From Oculina patagonica (lineage: Eukaryota), in contig NC_135769.1 of the NCBI RefSeq assembly GCF_052425735.1, positions 17,360,001 through 17,424,000 on the forward strand: DNA of 64,000 bases, written 5' to 3'. The notes beneath the pieces were generated by a model. It saw only the letters and a list, made by a program, of their open reading frames with translations. It ran no database searches and was not told where the DNA came from. The position numbers and the translations under genes were made by a program. The stretch's first letter is position 1. The number at the start of each line of letters is the position of its first letter. This document shows positions 23,073-34,400 of the stretch, piece by piece.

Positions 23073-25790
23073 GGCCTACTCTGGGACCTTAACTCGCTGC
23101 GAGATTGTGCGAGTTAATGCGAGTTTAGGCGAGTTAAGGAAAAAATGAGCTTACCTAACAGTTGCGAGTTAAGGCGAGTTAAGGAAAAATGACCTACGCA
23201 ATGTTGAGGCGATACCGGTTAAAACACAATTATAATATGCCTGACAAGCAAAAAATGTTGAGGCGATACCGGTTAAAACATAATTATAATATGCCCTAGA
23301 AGCAAAAAATGCCATGGAGTTTTTGTATGTCTTGAATATATAATGAGGCTCCATGTTGTTCAGTTACTTGTCCTAATTGGACAAGCTTAAGTATTGATAG
23401 TGATTCATGTTCTTAATTAATTATCTAGCATCCAGACACCAAACTATCCCATTAGGTGGTTGTATGATGATGAATGATCATCATCATCATCATAATATTA
23501 TTATAGCTACATAAGTAGCTGACAGAATAATAAATAAATGAAAAAGAGAAACTAATGTAAATAAAGCAATCATGAATAGACAATTTAATGTAACTGTTGT
23601 ATAAACACAGGTAGGATATTTTTTTAATTCAACAACACTATGCTTTAATTGACTGGTGAGCATAATCATTATCAAATCACATAGCATGAATTATTGTCAT
23701 TGACTGCAGAATTAATAAAAAGAAATGTTCTGACAGTCTGTTTCTGACAGTCTGTGCCAATGTTTTTCAAACAACTAGAACAAAAAAGGAGTCTGACGAA
23801 TTACAACCCAGCTGAGGAGACTTTTATGACACAATCAATTTTACTGAAATGAAATGAGATTTCTTTCTCCTTGAAAAAATATCAGACTTATCTTCAAGTC
23901 TTCCACTGGCCCATCCTCTGCACCTCACTGATGGTTTTCCTTGGAATCCAGCCCAACTGTTTGTTGTCACTATCAGAAATGAAAACACCAATTGCCTTTT
24001 CTTTTCCTTGGGATAAATCCATTTTAATTTCGTGTACATGTAAATGAACTGGCTGATGCCTTTTCGCAAAGACAGCTGTTCCTCAGTCCTGTAAGAGACA
24101 CCTTGATTTCTACAAAAGAAAGGAGGATCAAGTTAAGCTCTTCATCATTCTCAGTCCAGCAAAAACAGCGAAAAGAAATGGCCATAAGCTTATTTTATGT
24201 TTACAAAGTGTTCAGTACACATGAACAAGAAATTATTCTTTCCTCATGCAAAGCATTCCTTAATTTCCATTATCTGCTTTGTTTTACCTCATTTTAAAAC
24301 ATACCTTACAAAGTTAAAAGGCTTAGGTTACCTGCGTGTGATCCATTTCGAAACTTCTCAATAATTTAACATCAATTTTTGCACGAGTTCTCTTCCTTTT
24401 CTTTATAAGTTTTTCGTCCATCTTGAAAATTTCCCAAAATACATCTCGAGGACAGATGGGTTGAACGAGAGGGCCCTGGGAAAGACACTAGTTACCAGTA
24501 TCTTCTGGGCAATTTTCAAGATGGCGAACGAAGCTGGCGATCAATGTTAAAAATGGTAGCTTTAGCAACCGTTTATTCAGTGAAGGGCTCAATGAAACAA
24601 GTCTTAATGAATCATGGATTATGTTTGCCAGGCTAACTACAATGTAAGCCATACAGGATCTCACGTTGAACCAAATCTTCTAGTACCAGGTAACTTTATG
24701 ACATGTTATGAAAAATGTATCGTGATGGAAAATATCCATATCCCTCTCACAGAGGGTGTTTCGGCTTAAATCCCCCACACCTCTGGAAAATCCCAGTTAA
24801 GCACTATACTTTAATTTTAAAATTTTGGCTTTTGAGACCCTCCTTCCTCCTTGGTTTTCTCATAATTTGACCTTCCATTGGGTGGGTATGGATATTTCTG
24901 GAACTGCATAATATAGAATGCAATAAATGTGTGTGTGGAGTATTTAAAGGATTCTGGCAGCATCCCAGGCTCTCATTGTCAGCTGGAATCCTCATTAAGC
25001 TCCATCAGACTATATGATGTTACTATTGCTAGTGGTATTCACTGACATAAGCAGCTTCTTTGTATATTATTTCCAAAGTAATTAGATTTGCCACTACAAA
25101 CATTTTTTATAAATCATTAGTCAGCTTAAAACTAAAAATTTGTTGTTCTGTTTTGTTTTTGTATTTCATTGACTTGCTTATGAATACTTTTTCATGGTCT
25201 CTTGGTCAGTGTTACATACTTTGTGGACCAAAATAAGTTAAATAAATAAGTTTTTAAAATATCCCTAGACCCTGTGACCCCATGCCTCTGGAATTTCTGC
25301 CATGCTTAGCATTGTAGCCTTTTTGTTAGACATCAGCAAACTTGTTAATGCATGTTGAGGTTGTTCCTAGCAGTTCCATTGACAATCCAATCGTGATTCC
25401 AAGGCATATGCATGACAAGGTTAATCTTTAGTTGTGAAACACCCTTAACATAAAGGCTATTGGAAATTCCAAAAGGATAGGCCGAGCCAGTTTTCATACT
25501 ATTCAAAGGAGGGTAAAGAACCTGTTTTCCTTACAAAACACTGTTTTGCACTTTCAAAATTCATTCTCTTTTACAACTTCCCATTATGGATTAATTTTGA
25601 AATAACACTGAAAACAGGATGAAATAATTAAATTGGTATTTTGCTTATTCGGTGAGATTGAGTGAGTTTGTGCGAGATAACGCGAGTTTAGGCGAGTTAA
25701 GGCGAGTTAAGGAAATTTGACCATAATCTCAAGTTGCGAGTTAGGGCGAGTTTAGGCGAGTTAGGGCGAGCTAAGGTCCCAGAGTAGGCC
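23073..25790. mobile_element. 2.7-kb non-autonomous TIR DNA transposon (GG termini, 8-bp TSD; superfamily uncertain)
   Basis: TIR GGCCTACTCTGGGACCTTAACTCGC / GCGAGCTAAGGTCCCAGAGTAGGCC; TSD TCTAATTA at 23065..23072 and 25791..25798; GCGAGTTWAG arrays near both ends; absent in units 1-3. Confidence 0.85.
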
Positions 25791-26637
25791 TCTAATTAGT
25801 AGACCTTCACAATCTCATTTGACTCTAAACCTTTAATGTTATGCATCGACTTTCGATTTGGTAGTCTTCTAGGGATTTTCGAATCCTTTACATCCAGGTC
25901 TTATTTTTGTTTACCAACCATTCGCACAGATTATGAAAAAAGTCGATATTTAACGGATTTATTGAACGAAAATATTGGAATGAAATTGACACTAGTCTAT
26001 CAATCTTGTCAGCTTATTCTGTAATATTTCATTTTGCCTTCCTGTATCTTTTACTACAATAGTCTGTTGTATTTACAAACCTCTTAACGCTCTGATTTGT
26101 AAACTTTTTCTTTGCTTTTTAATTCTATTGTCTCTCTTAGTTATAGCTCTAAGAGTTATTTTAGATGCCCAGTTGCCATTTTCTAGTTTAGATAAACATG
26201 CTGTAAATAATTAAAGTACAATTCAAATTCATGTTACAAATCATCGGTTGTTGTTGCTGACCACTGTGAAAATAACATTTTTTCTACGCTCTCTAGTAGA
26301 AGCGAAGCAATTTGAAGATAATCGAAACTCACAAAAAAAATAGTGACAAAGAAACACAATATTAGAACAAGTTTTTTGCTTTCACTAACAACTGATATTA
26401 ACAATATAGAATATCTTTCATTCTGCTTGTTCTTGAAAACCTTATTTACAAGGAAAAACGATCACAAATCGACCGACAAAAACACAGACCTTCTTTTCCG
26501 TCTTTAGAGTCTTTGAGAGCGCAAGCATGGCAAAAACCGTGTTCAAAATTTTAAGTTCAAATGGATGTCAAAAAGGATGTTGGGACAATACTACAAAAGC
26601 TACACGAGACCTCAAACTTCTTTCGTCTTCCTACATT

Positions 26638-27810
26638 TCAATCATCCTTCATGTGGTCGTTACAGTCAGCATAAGGAACAGAGCCAAACTCCTGGGCTGG
26701 TCGAAACAACTTTGTAGATCTCCACCAGTTCTCTAAATTATACTTCTTTAGCAGTTCATATAAATTCTTCCAGAAAATATATATCATATCATCAGCAACT
26801 AGAATTGGTCTGTCATAATCTCTGGCTTCTTTTCTGCTTGGTCTACATTTTGCAGACCATGGCTTAGGTGGATGGTAGTGTGGAGCTACAGCAAAATGGA
26901 AAGAGTTCAGAGGTCTGTAGATAATAAGTCTGACATTGAATGAAAAGGGTAGTGCCTTCCAGTTACCAGCATCAGCATAATAATGCCACAGCAAAACCTG
27001 ATCATCAGGACAAGTATCTATTCGTGTTGTTTCCAGCCACAGGTTCATAATTTCTTGGTAGTACTTCGCATCTGGTCTGAATACCAGAAATCCTGCATTG
27101 AAGGCTGGGTTTACCACACCGGGTCTTGAGGAGGGTGCAGCAGCGAAGTCATATGGAATGTCGAACAGTTGATCAATGTTTGTCATCAACATGTAATCAG
27201 CATCAACATAAATGATTTTGGAAAATTCTGTGTAGTTCCAGGCGTGGAATCGAGTGTGTGTTCCCTTTATTCTGTATCCAAGTGGCTTCCCAAGCCACCC
27301 ACTGTTGCGGTCACCTCCCAATTTAGCATCTAGCCAGTTACAGTCCATTTCTTCAACCAAACGAGTGTTCCAACCAACGCTCTGCAGTGCTTTCCGTGTA
27401 GCCTCGCTCACTGTTTCCGAAATTAACGCGATCATGTTCTTCTGGCAAGAAAATGTGCGAATGGAGTGACCAAGAACCAACGCAGCAGAGGCAAAATTCT
27501 CGTCGACCACGATGGTCAGCCATGTAACGTCGCTTTTAGATTTCACGTTCTCTCTGCACCAATCTTGGCCAAAACGACTTTCAATTTGATACATTCTCCA
27601 TTCCTTGTGAGCCAGCTCTAGTTTGTTCTCCTCAAGCCTCTGCTCATAATTCGTAGCTTCTGAAATAATCAACCTCGTGTATCTGAAGAAATATGGAAGA
27701 AAGAGCGGTCTCCACACAACGAGAAAAATCACCACAGTTAAGATCGGAATGAGTGTTATGGCGAAGATTGTTCGACGTGTTCCTTTCTTTCGTGTTCGTA
27801 CACTCTCCAT
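26638..27810 (-). CDS. GT8-family glycosyltransferase copy 4 (390 aa, diverged paralog)
   Basis: Intact ORF with TM anchor, DAD, FNAG, DDQ and KPW motifs. The upstream ATG used in copies 1-3 was removed by a 15-bp deletion at ~27849. Confidence 0.9.
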   Translation of the reverse strand: MESVRTRKKGTRRTIFAITLIPILTVVIFLVVWRPLFLPYFFRYTRLIISEATNYEQRLEENKLELAHKEWRMYQIESRFGQDWCRENVKSKSDVTWLTIVVDENFASAALVLGHSIRTFSCQKNMIALISETVSEATRKALQSVGWNTRLVEEMDCNWLDAKLGGDRNSGWLGKPLGYRIKGTHTRFHAWNYTEFSKIIYVDADYMLMTNIDQLFDIPYDFAAAPSSRPGVVNPAFNAGFLVFRPDAKYYQEIMNLWLETTRIDTCPDDQVLLWHYYADAGNWKALPFSFNVRLIIYRPLNSFHFAVAPHYHPPKPWSAKCRPSRKEARDYDRPILVADDMIYIFWKNLYELLKKYNLENWWRSTKLFRPAQEFGSVPYADCNDHMKDD

Positions 27811-28491
27811 ATTTTGGTGTGATTCGGGTTGTTTACTTGACGAAGAACGAATACCTCAATGACGCAGGTTTATTTTTTTTTTGCGGAATCCACTAGCGTT
27901 GCGCACCATCGATCAGTCAATCGTATGCATCAGTCCGAGACATTCCTTCTCTTTCAAACTGTCTTCTCTTTTAAATATTTTAAGGTTCGTTAAATCGTAA
28001 TGAAACACTGTAGGAAAACGAGAAATGGCAATAGCAACGTTTAAGGAAGTCTTTAATGATTTACGTAAATTAAATTTTCAATTAAAAGTTTGGTCTCTGG
28101 TGAGAGTGGCGTGATCTTACTGCTCTGACGTCATATCCATACAAAACACAATGCTTATTGTTCGTATAGCCAGCTTTTTCATAAGAAAGTTTCGCACAAG
28201 ATTTCACAGTTTTTGCACAAATTGGGATAAAACATAAATTTTAGCCAATCAGAGCGTGCGCAAAACTCAATCGTGAGAGAAAATATCACTTAATTCCAGC
28301 GAAACCCCACGAATTAGTGCCCAGGACTACTCGGACTTCGCATTGTGCGAAGAACGTGAATTTGCACATGTTTGTGATGTTTTAATACAACGAGAACCTA
28401 TTATCACCTGATTTTTCCTTGCTTACTCATGGAAAACTTATTGACCTACAACTGCCGGACTCGATACGTTGTTACTTAAGTCGTATACGGA
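27811..28491. promoter_or_regulatory. Putative bidirectional promoter shared by GT8 copy 4 and the complete transporter gene
   Basis: 681 bp between divergent ATGs; CRE palindrome TGACGTCA at 28126..28133 and CCAAT at 28245..28249, both conserved in all four units. Confidence 0.6.
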
Positions 28492-31400
28492 ATGGAGCTA
28501 TACGAGAGAATGCAAGAACGTACACATCGCGAGTATCATAAGGATTCTCGCCGCGATATTTTCGCGAACGGCGGGTTCGCCGTCCATGACATTTCGACGG
28601 CCGCAGACAGTGACGAAAATTTGGCGCACAAAAAGGGTCTCAAAGAGCACAGTAGCGTATATACGTTTGTATGGACGTTGCTGTTTGCGGTTGTTTTAAT
28701 TGTGGAGAACATTTTTCACTTTAAACTCTTCGAAAACTGCCAAGCATCTATCGTTTTCTACTGGTTGGAAAGTTGTGTTATTGCTCTGTTCTTCAGATTT
28801 TGGGGAAGAAAACGAGTCCGAAGGTACGTGAAATATAAGCTTAAAGTTCTTGGATATTATTAGGGAAAGAGGGAAGACCTTCACTGTAGAAAACCCTGCC
28901 ACCTGGAAGACTTGACCTAAAATTACGCTGCTTTAGAAGAGCAAGCTTAATAACAATTGAATCATCGGGCAATATTTCTCGTATTTTATGTATTATTTAT
29001 GAAGAATAACAAATCTCTAACGCCTGGTTCACATTTAATAACGGCAGAACGGCAAGGTCACGCAAACGCCAAACAACACAACAGGCGTAGTAATTAATCA
29101 ATAGAAATCGATATCGAAAATCATTCGATACATACTAGTTATGCAACGCTTTCGAGTGGTATACTATGGAATATCCCACGAGTCACTTGTATTTTCTCGG
29201 TATACACACGAGCCTTTAGGCGAGTGTGTATACCAAGAAAATACAAGTGACAAGTGGGATATTCCATATTATCACATATATAGCGAGAATTTTGGGCAAT
29301 AAATCTCCCAAATAGATTTCTATATTTGCTATATTTCACATGTGAGAAAAGCGATACGTCCAATCAGCTTCGCGTATAGCTTTCTTCACATGTGAAAAAT
29401 ATAACCAATCAGCATCTAGAGTGGAACGACCCAACCAATCAAAGCACGAGAACTCAAATGGTTTCCAACGAGGTTGAGCAAACAGCGAGCGGCAAGTTTG
29501 TTCCCTACGGCAGTTTATGCTTTGAAAATATGGCTACACGGTTTGTTCCTTTAAAAAACTTTGTCTTTAGAGTACTTTATGGAAAGGCAAGCAAACAGGA
29601 ACTCGCTAAGCAAAACCGAAAGAATACAGTAATGAGATTATAACAATAAAAATCATTCTTCAAAGGCGGAGCGAAGACAAGCGAAGTGTCGATACGTGAA
29701 AGCGAAGACAAGAATTTCTTCAAAACTTACAACACATCCGCGGACTTTCTAAGAATATTCAAGCACTAGCACCCTCGGGAACACCATGGTAAAGTAGATT
29801 GCATTTTTGAATGTGGATTTGCGTCGCAATTATTGCCTAATTAACTGACTCCTTGTATGTAATATCGCAATTTTGTTCAAAATTCGCCTGCGTGTTTAGT
29901 TGATTCGCTTGTGGCGACGCTTCCTCGATGCGATACCAAAACTTTTGCTTTCAAAAAGTAACGCAATGTGTTTAATTAAATAAAGTTTTTGCAGAAGATT
30001 TTGTTGGCAGTAATTTTTCTTATTTGATTAAAAGTGGTTTCGCTTGAAAAGCGATGTGCATTTGCCTGCTTTGTTTTTCCTACCGCTAGGTCAAACTGTA
30101 ATATGTCAAAGGTTTATGTATTACTTGACATGAAAAATCGCGTAAACTTTACAATGCTTGAATTCTCGTTATATATATAATAAACAAATTACAGCATAGA
30201 AAGTGTTTGAACGGATTTTTATTACTCGTTGCAAAACTTTGAAACTCTGTGCTGCTCTCGTTGTTTTATTTCGAAAAATCCGTACGTTGCACTTTCTATG
30301 AAGTAATCTATATGTATACCACGAGAAAGTGTTGTATAACTATTTTATACCATGCCATAGAAAATACGCTTACTAAATTTCGTCGAGAATACAATCGCAG
30401 CGCACGATGGGAAGGTTGGGTTGAATACCGTCGAATATACAACGGCTTTCCTGTATTCTGATTGGCTGTATTTTCTATGGCATGGTATAAAATTCGATAG
30501 CACTCGATATTGATTAATAACAATCGAACTTACAGAAAAAATATTATTGATTTTTATCCATTAGCAATAATCCACAATTCATCTTGCCGGGTACACATGT
30601 AGTCGATGACAGTTTGGAGTCATGTTGTTTTAAGTATATGACTATTTTTATGGACTGAAGATGTCATTATTGCTATTATTTGATATGAATGTAGGTCATT
30701 TTGCCCTCAAGTTGATAAGCCCTTGGTCAGACTGATATAATTGCAGGATAATGCCCCAGGCCGACAGATTGTCCAAAAAATTGAACAGTTGGCAGAGAGA
30801 CGATGCTTCGAAGGCAACTGAAATTTGGAGGAAAATCTTTTAACCAAGGGCAGCAAGGGCCTTATCCTCCAGCATATCAGCCATAAAAGGGGTTTGTTTA
30901 ATTTTTTACACCTCTGATTAACTTCTACAACATGTTTACCAGAACAATATTTCATTATTGTCCAAAGTCCAATATTCATGCTTTTTACCCTCTAATAACC
31001 GTTACATACGCTCACGTCAAACACATCATGCGGACAAAATTGGGCAACATTATTAGGCAGCATGCCCCAGCATTATTCCCCAACATATCAGCAAACCAGA
31101 AATTTGTTTATCTTAAACACCTTTGATTAATTTCTGCGACAAATATTCAGCGTCCAAGAGCCAATATAATTGTCACTAACACTCACGTCAAATACATCAT
31201 GCGATACGAAATTAGACAATTAATATCAAGCAGCACGCCCCATCATTATCCTTCAGCAAATCAGCAAGCCAGAAAGTGGTTTGTTTATTTAATACACCTG
31301 TGATTAATTTCTACGACATGTTTAATAGACAATAAGGCCAAAGGCCAATATATTTGTGCTTTTAACCGAACGATTATTATTGTTACAAACTCTTACGTCA

Positions 31401-34400
31401 AACACATCATGCATTACAGATTGGACAATGAATATCAGGAAGCACACCCCATCTGATTTGACATCTTGCTCAATTTCATAGAAGAGAACAAAAACAATCA
31501 TGGTTATGATTTAAGGCCTATTTTTTTAATCAAATCATGGTTAATGGCATGTCAAGAAATCTTTCAAGATCCAAAGAATCTACCAAAATATCCTTTTAAA
31601 GGATCTTTGGTAAGGGCTTGAAGATCTTGAACAGTCCTAATTCTCAAACTCATTAATACCATCATCAAATTAAAACAAAGAAAATCATAACCGTTAAGGA
31701 GATTTGGATACCCAGTCTTTATTGGCATAGATTTTTACGATTTTATTTTTCCATTTACTCCATAGTTTTAGTTTTGATTGAGAAGATATATTAAGATGGA
31801 ATCCACTAGGAAGTCGAGTAATATTTAAATATTAAAGTTGGACAAAAATCAAGTACCAGAATAATTTAAATCCTATTGCGTTATTTCCTACCCTTAATAA
31901 AAGATAAAGATGTAAGTAATTATCCGTGATATACACCAACAACAATTTCTTATCAGAGTCTGAGAAAATGAATTTCAAAGTTCACAAGGTATAGGCAAAA
32001 TCTCACGTGTAGCCATTTTGGAAATTCGTCTTAAGCGATTCAGTGGAATTCAGCGGAACTTCGAAATTTGTTTTCGATGTTTGGTGTTGTTAGAAAAGAT
32101 TTCTTTTGATAAGATATTTGAAGCAGTAACAAAAAAGTTTGCAATAAGGTGGAAATAATTCTGGTACAACAATTTCTTATCAGAGTCTGAGAAAATGATA
32201 TTCAAAGTTCACAAGCTATGGGCAAAAGCTCACATCTTTTAAGCAATTCATGGGAATTCAGTGGAACTTCGAAATTAGTTTTCGATGTTTGGTGTTGTAG
32301 AAAAGATTTCTTTCGATAAGATATTTGAAGCAGTAATGCAAAAGCTTGCAATCAGGTGTAAATAGTTTTGGTACATAATTTTGTCCAATAACTACTCGAA
32401 GTCCTGGCGGATTTCCTCTTAAACACTCAAGACAGTGTTTCATCGGCTATCCAAAAACCTCTAATTTCATCAAAAAATACTCCGCTGCGCGTCATATTTT
32501 CAACTCTCTTCTTGGTGTTTGGATATCCTGATAAAACACTGTCTCACCACAGTCACAAATAAATAGGGTGGCCCGCCAACACCAACGGTATTTGCATATC
32601 ATCACTAACCGTTAGTTGGCTTTAATCTAGGGCTGCAACGATACATTTTCTCACAATACGATACGTACCTCGATACAAGTGCCACGATACGATACACGAT
32701 ACGATACAACATTACATAAAACTGACAAGTGTTATAATTTTACTAATTTCTGTTGGTAACTCAGTTTTTTCCACTGTATCAGCAGCGAAACTTATTTGCA
32801 AAGTGAATTTTTCAGGAACCGCATGTTTTTGTTTGTGGGCACACAAGGCTGTGTCAGTCGACAACTAATTGTCGCATCTTTAAAGAATATGTGATCGGAA
32901 GTGAAGCAGAATGGAACTTCCTTGTCCCACAGGTTAACAAATCGCTATTGAGGGCTTTGACTTGGGTTAAAAAACAGTAAAAACAGTAATTTCTGAAAGT
33001 TGCTGAGGAATATTTTATTGTTTCACGATACTGCAATATTTTGTTCAAATACCGATATTCGTATCTTGACAAAAAATATCGCGATTCACCGGTGCACCGG
33101 TGTATCGTTGCAGCCCTACTTTAATCTCAGGAGGACTGGTATGCAGTTGGAAATACCAAGTTTTAATTTGGAATGGGAAGGTTGTCTGATACACCCAAAG
33201 TGAGACGATTTGACTATAGCACTTATAATTAACAAATTGACTTGAATCAATCAAATTGTCAAAACTTTTCTGCCTTGATGTTGACCTGTTATTCTAGAAT
33301 TCAATTTCCGCAACAGTTAGAAAACATAGGGGATCCACAATAAGTTCTACAGGATCCAAGATTTGACTTATTTGAAGGCCAAGATTCAGGATTTTTGATG
33401 GAAAAGGGAGCGAGATTTGGGGTTGAAATAATGAACTGGACACATGAATTGGCGATTTTACAAGGCGAGATTCAGGACTCCGGTGACAAAAAATAATGTG
33501 GTTGCATAGAAAATCAAGTTGTGATCTTCGTGAACACCGCAAAAAGCTGCACAAAGCATTTATTATGACTTACATGAGTTACCTGTATTTCCATGTGTGC
33601 CAGTTACATGGGAAAAAAGAAATAAGCTTACAGCTTATTGTCGGTGACCAAAGACTTCAAGACCAGTGCCGAGTGCAACACCCACTGCAAGTCTTTTTAT
33701 CCCCGGGGGGGGGGGGGGGGGGGGGCACTCAACAAAGTTTTGTATGGGGAGGAGGCTCCGCCCCGAGGTCCAACCCCTTACTCTTTTATGTACCATTTTG
33801 ACAGAAAAGGTACCCCTTTCATAAACCTTTTTTTTTTTTAAAAAGGTATCCTTTTCATATACCTAAATGATATTACTTATACCTAAAACAGGAAGTCTTC
33901 CTGTCAATTTTATGTAGCACTTAAAAAATTAAAATGATGCAGCCATTAGGTGTGTCTGTTTGAAATATTTCAATGGAAGGCCCTTTTAAATTACCTCGAT
34001 GACAAAATTCTGAAAATTCCCTTTCATATACTTAAACTTGTGAAAACCCTACCCTTTGCTACACCTGAAGAATAGGTCATTATAGGGAGTACTGCACGGG
34101 CTTTTAGTGTTGAGGCAAGGAATTAAGAAAAAATAAATGGTCGGGATCAGGGTAAGCCAAAAAAAACCTTCAGGATTATGGGATTTAGGGAAAATTTGTA
34201 CCAATCGCTCCTGTTACGAAGTCGGAATTTATGATCGAATGGAAAGTACCCCAACACTTCTAAATATTAATTCTCTCATTAATCTGAGGGCCGTGGGTTT
34301 GTCAGTCACAAGACTGTTAAGTGCAACCCTTGTCAAATAATGTCAATTTATTTTATTTTTATTTAAATACTAATAGATGAAATTTTTAATCCTTTATATC

